Shown here piece by piece: positions 46,501 to 56,946 of a stretch of 56,946 bases of DNA. The notes under the pieces were generated by a model. It saw nothing but the letters and a program-made list of their open reading frames with translations. It was not told the DNA's origin and did not search any database. The DNA lies in the NCBI GenBank assembly GCA_012862495.1, contig BLSG01000236.1, positions 1 to 56,946 on the forward strand. Direction: 5' to 3'. A program made the position numbers and the translations under genes. This DNA is from Thraustochytrium aureum (taxonomy: Eukaryota). Position 1 is the stretch's first letter. The number at the start of each line of letters is the position of its first letter.

Positions 46501-49500
46501 TACTCGCCCTGCAGCTTGAGGAGGTCCTCGCGCTGCTTGTCTACGTCAGGGCGCTCCGTCTTGAGCACCTTGCTCAAGCACTGCGACTGGAGGCTGGCAG
46601 GCGTCACCGTAAAGTTGACAAAGGTCACGCGAGAGCAGACGTCTGGGGCGAACTGAAACGTGGGGTCTCGTGTCGTGAGAAACATCGAAAACGAGGGACT
46701 GAAATCGATGTCCTGGTCCCCGAGCCGAACCAGCATGCGGCCTCCGGTGCGGTGAATCTCTCGGTTCAGCACCGGGTTGAGGACGGGGTCAATATTCTCC
46801 ACGTCTGTGATCACCAGGCAAGTCCCAAAGCGCAGAGCGCTCTCAAGCTGCTTCATGAATGAGGCGTCGAGGAAGCTGGTCTTGGCCACGTTGCGCTTCG
46901 AGAGGTGCCGCATGAGGAAGCCGGACGCCTGGCCCGAAGGATCCACCACGAGCGGGAAGCGATTAAAGTGCTCGAGAATGATGGCGTTCTCGAGGCAGAG
47001 ATTGTCGGTGGGGAGCTGGTTCGCGTGCCAGCCGAGGCGCTCGCTCGGCTTGCTCAAGTACTCGATCAGGTCCATTCCGCGTTTGTAGCCCACCCCGGCG
47101 GAGTCGAGCAGCGATTTCCACTCTGCGACAAAGGCCTGGCGCTGCTGGTACCCGAAAAACCCGCTGTACGAGATAAACGCCGCTGCAAGTAGGACATCGC
47201 CAACGAGCGTGGACATTTGCTCAGCAAAGCTGACGCGAGCCGCGCCCCAGCGCTCGTTCTCTTGCGAGAGTGAGCCGAGCAGCGCGGTAGAGCGATCCAC
47301 CTTCGCCTTGACGGTCGACATTTCAGCCTTGATCGTCTCGGTCTCGCCAATCAACACTGCGTACTCCTCCTTGAGCCGGCCGATCTGACCCTCGAGCTCT
47401 TCGATTCGCTTCATCTCCTCGTGGTGCTGCTCCGTGAGCGCCGCCGACTCGTCGGCCAGCTGCGCAATCTCGTTCCGCAGCGGCTTGATCCGCAGCAGGA
47501 TGCCAGCGAACTCGATCTGTGAGACGATCCACTTGAACAAGGCGACGCACGCCTTGTTGGCGTGCATGACCTTTTCCTCGACGAAGTCTGGGTTTTCCAG
47601 CATCTTTTTCACATTCGCCCGCCGGTCCTCCGTGAGGTCCTCCGACTTGAAGTTGACGACATCGGGGATGAACTCGCGCCGCTGAAGAATCCGTCGGATG
47701 TCGGTCCAGCCTGCAAAGCTGAGGCCAAGCATCAGGCATACCGCCTCCAGAGTGAGCTTCACTGCGGGTGGCGGGTTGTTCAAGCTGCGCATCTCGTCCA
47801 GGTGCGCTTTGCGAATGTCGCCCACGGCCTTCTGGGCATCGATAAGGGCGGGCTCGGCCTGACTGAGCTCGTCCTCCGCGAGCTTTTTTTGCTCGGCCAC
47901 GTGGGCGTTGCGCTCGTCGAGATCTTTGCCGAGCTTTTCTGCTTCGGCCTTCTTCTTCTCCGCCTCGTTCTGGTCGCTGACCATTTGCTGCAGCTTTTCG
48001 TTGGCCTGTTGGCTTTTTTCGCTGAGCTCCCGCTCTTTCACGGCGAGGCTCTTGCCGAGTTGTTCGACTTGGGCGGCGGTCTCCTCGAGTTTGTCCAACC
48101 CGACGTTGAGATGGAGCTGCTGCTCTTCAAGCTGCTCGCGCTTGCTGTTGTAGAGGTCCACGTAGTGCTGGATCAAGTCCAGGTAGTCGCGAGGGGAGAC
48201 AAACGTGTGGTTTTCATGGCGGCGTGCCATGTCGCGAGCCACGCGCTGCACGCTTTGGTGCATGCGCACCAAGCACGCGACCACCGCGTCGCGGTAGCGC
48301 AACGGCGCGCTTCCGGCCGCGCCTGCGGCCCCCGCTCCCGGTTCAGCGCGATTGCGTCCTGCGCATCGACTGACGGAGCAGCATAGTCCAGCTTGGAGGA
48401 GTCGAGGTCCAGAGTGCGCGTGAACTCGTAGCCCACTTGGGCGAGCGCTTGGTGCGACCAGTCGCCGAACCAGTCGACGACGCAGCGGTTGAACAGGGCT
48501 GGCGAGGTAGCAGCGCGGTTCTTGAGGTCGCTCGAGGCGGGATTCATCGTGAACACGACGTGGAGGTTGCGCTGCACATTGCGCGTGAACTGCTTGAACA
48601 GCGCGTCTTCGTCCGAGTCGATGAGCTTGGTCGAGGCGTCCTTGGTCGCGGCGTCGCGGCACGCAGACATAAGCGCGTTGCGCTCGTCGCCCTCGAAGAG
48701 GCCCGGCACTTCGCCGCTGGCGAGCAGTGCGTTCATACGCTCCAAAAACGCAGAGTCCAGGACATTGCTCTCGTCAAAGATGAAGCACACCTTCTCGCCT
48801 TGGCAGCCGGCCTGCTTCATGATGTATCGCAGGTCCTCGTCAAAGTCCTCGAGCGAGTACTTGCGCGAGAGCTTGATCTGAAAAACGCGGAGCCCGTTCA
48901 TCCAGGCCACAAAGCGGGAGAGCACCGTCTTGCCAGTGCCCGACTTGCCAACGAGCAAAAGGTGGCCGAGGGGTTGCCGCAGGACGCGGTCGATCCGGAG
49001 AACGTGCTCCAAGACGTCGTCAAAGACGACGAGCGGCACGTTGAGCTCTTCTTCGTAAAACACGCGAAGGCGCGCCTCGACGTGGGCGCGCAGTTCGCCT
49101 TGGTCGACGCTCACGTAGTTTTTCGAGAGCCAGTTGGCAAAGAGGACGGGGCGGGCCAGGGCTGCGTGGTGGTCCGCCGTGGGGAACCGCGCGTGCGCAA
49201 CTTGGTCAAGCTGCTTGGCGCACCATTCGCGCTCTTCCTGCGTCACAAGTCGATCGTGGAAGAGGCGCAGGCCCTCGTGGAGCCAAAGCCGCACGAGCTG
49301 GTCCACTCCAGCGCCTTCGACCTGCCCCAAGGCCTCGTAGAGCGCTCGCATCCAGCGACTAAGCTCTCGCGGACTGTAAACGTAGTCGGGGCAGCATCTG
49401 CAGAAAACCGCCGCTTGTTGGCTGCGTACACGTCGACCATCGCTTCTGTGAGCGCGTCCCCGTGCGCGCGCAGCGCGGGCTGCAGCTTGAGCAGCGCACG

Positions 49501-52500
49501 ATTAAAAGTGCCATATATCTGCCGGAGCGAGTCCTGCACGGGATAGTCCACAAGGAGAAGCGGCGTGTGTCGCAAAAAGCGGTGGGAAAGCGGGACGCGC
49601 CCCGGGTCCGTCGGTGGGTTGCAAGCACTGACAAATTGGACGCGTTCCACGCCAACCCAGGCCAGGTCCTTGGGGCGCCAAAACCCGCCCTGCTCGACGA
49701 TCTGCCGCATGAATGTGATCACATGCTGCGTGCCATATGCGTCGGATACGGGCAAGTTGACCTCGTCGCAGAACACAACGAGCCAACGGTCCGGCTGGGG
49801 CGGCGCAAGAACGACCCCAGTCCTTGTCGGCTTGTACACGCAGTACTGCTCGAACGTCTTGAGGATGAGCTCGGGCGTGGTCGCGCTACTAAAGTTGAGC
49901 GAAGCGAGCTCGAAATTCGGCATGGACTGCAGCACCGAGGTGAGCGACATGGTCTTGCCCGACCCTGGGGGGCCACACAGAATGAGTGGCCGGTGCTCGT
50001 CGAGCCAGGCGCGCAAGACCTCGACGTGGCGAACGGTGTCCACGGTGCTGATAACGACGTCGGTGTCCATCACCTTGTGCGGCTCGATCTCGACTTTGGG
50101 GACGCTTGCGCGCCACGGTCGCCATTCGCCGTTCTCCAGTGACACCTCAAAGTCCCACAATGACTCTGCGCCGGGCTCCCCGGGCTGCGGCAGCGGCACA
50201 GTGGTGCGGTTCACGACGGCCTGGACAAGCTTGGCCCGGGACTCGCCGTCCAGGGAGCCGCCGGCACCCCAGAGCAGGGAGAAGAGGACCCACTTCGACA
50301 GGAACCGCTCCATGTGCTCATGCGGCATCGGAAAGTCCGCGTGGTTGTTGTTGTACTCTGACACCAAAGTCACGCCTCGCGCTAAAAGAGAGAAGAACGA
50401 GACAATGAGACGCATGCGCGTTACGTCCATCACATGGGGAAGCTCGAGCGCCAGGTCGATTGTCTGCTGCGCGATTCCGTCGTGCTGCAGGTAAGGGGCC
50501 ATAATTCTGACGCACTGGCGCTCCAGCTCGCGGTGCGCATCCAGGACGCTAGCCGTGCCATCTTCCCCAGCACCTGCGGTGTCGCTGCCGGCAGCGGCCG
50601 GCGCCGGAAGCTCCCCGTCGACAAGCGCAGTGCTCGATCTGCCCGCTGCGAGGAGCGCGAGCCGGTTGGCGAAAATGTCGTCCATTGACAACGTGTCCTC
50701 GGAAAACCAGACCATGCCGCACCGGCTCACCGTCGCGAGTGTGGCGTAGCGAAGGGTCTCCACCTCAAACATGATGCGCACGTTGTCCGGAATGCTGAGA
50801 CGCTCCCCGTTGGGAAGCGTGAGTAGCTTGTTGTCGTCAAGCACCGAGTTTAGGTTTTCGGCCCACTCGGGGTCAACGTCGCCGTCGAAGATGATCCAGT
50901 GGCGGCGAGCCTTTTCGCCACGCACATTGTTGAGAATGGTGCGCAGGATGTGCGTGAACACGCCGTTGGTCCACTCAAGGGTGTTCGGGTCTAGCGTCCC
51001 GTAGAGCGCTTCCTTGGAGAGCGCCTTTGGGTCGATGACGTGGGCCTGGCCCTTCACCCCGTCGACGGCTTCGAGGGCGCGCAAGAGGACGCGCCACGCA
51101 GAGGACTTGCCGCTCCCCTGAAGGCCCAACCATCATGATGCCGTGCCGCATGGCCTGCACCTGATACAGCTGCAGCACCTTGCCCACCCAGCGCTCAGTG
51201 GGCTCGAGACACCATAGCCGGCAGGCCTTGTCGATTGCGGAGCGCAGCTCGGGAGCNNNNNNNNNNNNNNNNNNNNNNNNNNNNNNNNNNNNNNNNNNNN
51301 NNNNNNNNNNNNNNNNNNNNNNNNNNNNNNNNNNNNNNNNNNNNNNNNNNNNNNNNNNNNNNNNNNNNNNNNNNNNNNNNNNNNNNNNNNNNNNNNNNNN
51401 NNNNNNNNNNNNNNNNNNNNNNNNNNNNNNNNNNNNNNNNNNNNNNNNNNNNNNNNNNNNNNNNNNNNNNNNNNNNNNNNNNNNNNNNNNNNNNNNNNNN
51501 NNNNNNNNNNNNNNNNNNNNNNNNNNNNNNNNNNNNNNNNNNNNNNNNNNNNNNNNNNNNNNNNNNNNNNNNNNNNNNNNNNNNNNNNNNNNNNNNNNNN
51601 NNNNNNNNNNNNNNNNNNNNNNNNNNNNNNNNCGAACGGGTTGCCCCCGAGGCGAAAGTGGAGCGCTTGTGTGAGGGCCAGATAGCACCTGTCGGTTAGC
51701 GGCGTTTGCACAAGACGCTCGCCCACGCCTTGGTATTCGAAACCGTACTGGAAGCGAGCACTTGCAATGTTGAGTTGCAGGGCGCCGCCCTCCCACTTGT
51801 AGCGGATCTGGCTGAGCCACTCGTAGGCGTCCGCAGCGGCCGCAGCGCCGTGCAGCTTGCGGAGCACGTCGCGCTGGTGCACCATCTCGGTGATGAGCTG
51901 CTCGAACTTTTTCCGCGCTCCGGTGTCAAGGCTGCCCTCCAGCACGCGGTCGGCCAGCAAGGCGAGCCAGCGGTCTGTGCGCTCCCCGAGAACGCGCACG
52001 GCGTCGCGACTGTCATGGTGGGGGGCTCCAGCAGGTGCAAGGGCGGCGTCGATCGCAGTCGACCACGCCACCTGGCTTGCGAGGACAAGCACCTGCGAGG
52101 GGAACGAGGCCACCCACTTGCTGAACGCGGCGTGAGCCGCGTCGCCCGCAGCGGCTTCGTTGGCAGTGGCCTCGAGCGGGTTTGCTTCAAGAGCTGCCTT
52201 GAGAAGCGCTTGCAGCGTTGCCCGCATCGAGTTTTCCAGACCCTGGAGCCAGTCGTTGACTTTGAGATTCGCAACCTGCTGGGCTGGCTGGAGAGCCACG
52301 ACCTCTCCCTCGCGCGACGCGATGCTCTGAATGGAGGAGGCGTCCTCCGAAAATTCGAGAGACGCTATGCCAGCAAACATCTTGGACATGTGGCGCTGGA
52401 TCTTGACGGGGTCCTTGGTGTTGCCGATGATCTCGAGGAGGTCTTCATCGCCCACAAAGTAAAACCTCGAAAAGGTCTGTCGCTGGCGTTCAAGGTACTC

Positions 52501-55500
52501 GCCAAGCGCGCGCTGAATCTTTTCGAGGAGGTCGGCCAGGCGGGTGAGGCTGTGGTCGAGCCCAGACATTGCGCTGACGACCTCGATCACTCTCGGGGTG
52601 CGGCTCACCTTGCGCATGAGCGTCACAAACTCGTTGTCGATCGACATGAAGCGCGCATACTCGTTCGGGAGCTGTTGCTTGATGTCTGCGCTGCCGAGAA
52701 GGATGCCGCCCAAGTAGACCCAGCGGCGCTGCACGTCGATCCAGATGTCGAGCACCAGGCGGATGCGCGTGAGCTTGTCCTCCCACGCGATGGCGTCCTC
52801 CTCGAATACGCGAAAGTACGGGGACTGCTTCATGGACTGAAGGCTGTTGGTGTGCTCGTCCAGCTGGGCGAACAGCTGGTCCCAGCCTCTTATGAGCCGG
52901 CAGCGATTCTGGTAGTTGACGAGATCAAACTCGTACTCGGTCCAAAACTCGCGAATCTGGCGCAGGAACTCCTCGAGGGCCATCTCGCCCTGCGCCGTGC
53001 GGAACACATCCGAGAGTGCGCGCTGGTGCTTGGCCAGATCGCGGCTCCAGAGATCGCCAAGGGTCATGTCTTTGACCGGGACGGCCTGCAGCTCCAGCAG
53101 CTGGCTGATCTGGCGCCAGTGCCGCTCCTTGAGCGCCTCGGAGCGCAGCTCGACAACCATAGACTGCGTTTTCTTGTACGCCTTGACGGCGTTTTGGGTA
53201 AACTCGAAGGCCTCGTACTGCTGGATGCGGCCCGGCAGCTTGCGGAGCTGCTCGAGGATGTCGTCGAGGGAGGCCCGAAGTTTTTTTCGGGACGACCGCG
53301 GTCCAGGGCAGCTCACGGAGGTCGGCAAGGCGCGTGGCCACCTCAGCGAGGGCGCCCCAGACTTCGCGGAGACTCTCGACTTCTGCCTGGACCAAAGTGA
53401 GCGTGCCCGCAGGGCCAGAGCCCCCCTGGGCTTCAGCAGCGGCCGAGTCGGCCGCGACGTCGAGTTCAAGCGCGAGCTTTGCTTCTTGGAGGCGGGCGAA
53501 GTCGTCTTGAAGGCGGGTCACGCGCCCCAGGAAGACGGCCAGCGTGTTGGCGGCGTCGCTCGGCGTGGTGTCGCCCTTGGTGGGCTTTTGCGCGGCCCAG
53601 TCTGAGCCGAGATCAGCAACGCGGCTCGCGACGGCGCGATCCTCAAGCAGTATCTTGGACTGGAGCGAGGCGAGCTCGACTTGCACGCCCGCCGACTTGC
53701 GCGTGAGAATCTGCTCGAAAGCGTCCCACTCGCCCTGGAGATTGGCCAGCCAGAGCCAGTTGGCGGGGAAAGCGAGCCTCTGGCGTTGCGCGAGGCGCTC
53801 GCCTTCGGCAAAGACTTGCAGTCTCTGCTGCAGTTCCGGCTTGCTCTTGGAAATTGCGTTAAGGGTGGTGATGAAGCCGACCACCTCGTTGGTGGGGGCG
53901 TCGAGCGACCCTCGCTCAAGCTTGTCGCGCATTGCAGACACATCGCGGAAAAAGGCGGTCATCGCGTCCCCCAAGATCGAGCCAAACTTGTTGAGGATCT
54001 CCTTGTGCCAGGCATCATAGCGCAGGCTCACCTGCGCCTGAACTTGCTGAAAGTCCACCACGACGGGGCCGAAGTGCTTGGCATGCTCGGCGGTGTCAAA
54101 GGTGGCGCGCGCGTGCTGGATGCCAAGGAGGAGCTGCTGCCAGCGCGCGAGGTCCTCGTCGCCCATGTGCTGAAAGACGTCGCTTGCCTCCATGTCCCAG
54201 AGCGCCTGATACTGCAACCAGGTTCGCACGTAGGCATCCACATCGCCGAGCTTGGCCTCGATGGCAGAGTATGCTCTGGCCAGGAGGTCCTCCCCGTCAG
54301 CGTTGGCCCCGAGGTGCAAGAGGTTGGCGTAGGAGGCCCCGTTTGCGCTGCCAAGCACGACGAGCTCTCCGTCGTCCAGGCCCAGCCCTTCGCCAGCAGT
54401 GGCGTCGTCCACGGCAGTGTCATAGCGGGAGCTACTCAAACGGCGCTGGTTGCAGACCACAGCAAGTGTGCGATGCAGAGCGCGCACCCAGATCACGCGC
54501 GCCTCCTCGAGGGGCGGGTCCAGGTAAAGCGCGTGCTTGCGAAGGACGATTTCGTGTCGCGTCGAGTCGGGGGAGGGCGCCGCGGCGCAGAACGACTCGA
54601 GCCAGGCGCGCACAGCCTCTTGGAGCCGTAGGCGGAGCTCAGCATCGATGCGCTCCTCCACTTTCTCGACCCATTTGGCGAGGTTTGCGTACGAGGCCAG
54701 GTTCATCTCGTCGACGACCTTTTGCACCTCGTCAAGGACGGCGCGGACGTCTTTGGCGGAGTAGGGGCAGGTCTTGAGCTGGACAAGCAGGGCATCGACG
54801 GCGGCTGTCTTTTGGCGCGCGTCGTCCACCTTGCCCTGCAGCACGTAGACGCGCTGGGCGAAGTCGGCGGCGTACTCGCGCAGCCCGTCCGAGTCCCAGT
54901 TGACGCCTTTGCCCTTTGCGAAGGCCGCGTCGATGGAGGCTTGGGCTTGGTAGATGTACGACGCAAGCAGCCCCTGGAGCTGGTCGTCCAAGCTCGCCAG
55001 CGTGCTCTTATACGTGTCCAGGGTGCTCTGCAGCGACATCGCAAAGGGGTACTTTGCCTTGGCTTCGTCAGAGATGATTTTGAGCATGTACGGGATGCGG
55101 AAGCCAAGCCACTGCAAGTTGCGCACCTCCTTGAACAGCTCGACGATCTGGGGATCAAAGTTGACCACCAGGGAGGGGCCGGCGCCCCCGACGCCAGACT
55201 CTTGCACCAGGAACAGACGGCCGGTGACCTCGAAGCTGGGAACCTCTTGGATGTTTTTCATCCACTGCTCAAACATCTGCTGCGTGTTGAGCTTTTTCTT
55301 GAAGGCCAGGCCAGTCTCCTTCAGCCGGCGCCCTTCGACGTGCTGTTCCCAACCGGGGCCGAGCACGCTTTCGACGCGCTTGAGGTAGGCGTCAAGTTGG
55401 CGCTCGATCTGGCGGGCCCAGATGATGGCACCAGAGACGGGCGGGACGTCGCGAACCTTGCTCATGAGGCTGGCCTGCGAGAGGCTGTAAGACTTTTTAA

Positions 55501-56946
55501 ACGTGCGCTGCAAGGCCTCGATGTCGCTCTCGACCGTCGCGACGAGCCTGGCTTGGAACTGCTGGATCGCTCCGCGGATGCGATGGCGGAAGAAGAGCGC
55601 GTTGAACTTTTGAAACACGCGAAACATCTCGTCTGCGGTCTTGGCCGCGCCAAGCTTGTCGGTGAGGCGCTCGATAATTCTGCGCTCGACGCGGTCGATC
55701 TTGCGCTCGTAGAGCTTTTTGGCGTTGTCCCAGGCCGCAGCGCCTTCGTGCGAGACGTCGAGGACCTCGACAGGGCTGAACAGCTTGTAGGCGGCCCTAA
55801 TTTCGTCGAGGGTGGTGGTGGTCGTGGTGCTGGACCCCGGTCCCACCCCCTCCTTGCCCGTGTCGACGGAGACCCCCGAGATGGACTGGGCTGCCAGAGA
55901 GGCGCTCGAGCGGAACGAGGCGTTGCGAATCGCGCCGTTCTCTTTGTTTTCCTCTTCGTCCCCAAAGGCGGCGGGCTCGGAGCCCGCGGTCGCCGAGGCG
56001 GCGGCCGACTCTTTGATCTCGTCCGGGACCACAACGCGCTCGATCACGGTTCGGAGCTTGTCGTGGGCAGCGCGGAAGGAACGGATGTCCTCGATCCGGT
56101 CTTGCAATGCGGTGTGCTCGAAAACAAGCTTTGGCGGCAGGCGCTCCGCCCCGCGGCGTTTGGCGAGGTCTCGGCAAAGCTCTCGAAAGCTGCGCGCGTG
56201 CTCGTCCCAGGCTCGAAATAGAGACTGGCACCCCGTGGTGGCTTGGTCGAACTCGGGGTACGGGAGGAGCATCAGCTGCTGCGTGGAGGCACCTTGACGA
56301 GCTGGGCCGTCATGTCGCGCGAGAGGGCCTCGACGAGGCGCAGGGCCTGGGTGAGGGGGTACTCGTCCGCAGCCTTGACCTTTTTGAGGTGGGAGAAGAT
56401 CTGCACAATGGCCTCTTCGATCTGGCCCACGTCTGTGGCTGCCAGCAGGCCGCCGATGGGGAGGTCTTGCATCAGGATCATGTAGTTGGCCACCCGCTTG
56501 GCGGCGGCCTGGAGCCCCGTGTCGTTTTCAAAGAGGATGGTGGCCAGGGCGCGGCGCGACTGTTTCAGGATGTCGAGCGTGAGGCGGACCTCGGGGCCGT
56601 CGACCTGGCGCTGGATCTGCTGCAGGGCGCGCTCAAGGTTTTGCCAGAACTGCACTTCTTGGGACACGGTTCCGGAGGCGGCATCGCGCTCTAGTTTGGT
56701 GACCTTTTGGATCTCCTTCACCCAGCGGTTGACGCCGGCCTGCAGCCGGTTGAGCATCTTGGCGTCGCGCACATCCTCGCCGAGTCCCAACTCGTCCAAG
56801 CCGAGCTCGGTCCCGGCGGCCTGTCGCTTGGCGACGGCGTCGACGACCACGGGGTCCACGGCCAGCTTGACCTCGGGGATCTCCATGCTCTGCAGGCAGG
56901 ACCGCATGGCGTACTCCAGCTCGTTCATGCGCTTGCTGATTAGCGG
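43581..56946 (-). CDS. DYNC1H1: Cytoplasmic dynein 1 heavy chain (5' end beyond the window)
   Basis: Tail: [41 protein letters not shown]. Linker: [38 protein letters not shown]. Walker A motifs GPSGSGKS (AAA2), GPPGSGKT (AAA3) and GKSGTGKT (AAA4). Stalk, AAA5/6 and C-terminal domain are present. At least six one-base frame breaks and two gaps. Confidence 0.97.

Noticed and set aside
51706..56221. Long plus-strand ORFs antisense to dynein (also antisense to D2HGDH, IDE and PDE)
   Set aside because: Shadow ORFs expected from GC3-rich coding DNA; no recognisable domains.
43581..56946. Many frame breaks (dynein about 45895, 48340, 49388, 51118, 53285, 56290; also about 4740, 8545, 18590, 25400, 34540, 37260, 38563) as programmed frameshifting, RNA editing or pseudogenes
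   Set aside because: Each is fixed by plus or minus one base, several lie in homopolymers (T8 at about 53285, T5 at about 25400, C/G runs), they share no slippery motif, and they hit conserved housekeeping genes with otherwise intact frames in a gappy draft. Sequencing or assembly error is the simplest explanation.

Overview
Gene-dense, GC-rich, intron-poor eukaryotic nuclear scaffold. A heterotrophic protist such as a thraustochytrid-like stramenopile is plausible, but that is inference only. It has 12 N-gaps and about 13 single-base frame breaks that look like assembly errors. About 17 protein genes, many in head-to-head pairs: a partial membrane protein, D-2-hydroxyglutarate dehydrogenase (one clear 59-nt GT-AG intron), fused HisHF, a degenerate Mpo1/DUF962 protein, a kinesin-7/CENP-E-like motor, a coiled-coil protein, NUDT22, a Zn-finger/ankyrin/WW protein, two divergent TmcB-like PAS membrane paralogs, an Mtc2/MoxR-like pseudo-AAA protein, mitochondrial uL29m, an EsV-1-7 Cys-repeat protein, insulysin (M16A), bacterial-type TsaE, a class I phosphodiesterase with a pseudo-receiver domain, and cytoplasmic dynein heavy chain. 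The best candidate for an undescribed system is the TmcB-like pair. Each protein carries two internal TM-[NxxGxxR, NarX P-box-like]-ectodomain-TM-[cyclase-type signalling helix] modules plus PAS domains but no catalytic output domain, and a RegA-like REC-PDE lies about 10 kb away. No rRNA, tRNA, CRISPR array or transposon was recognised.
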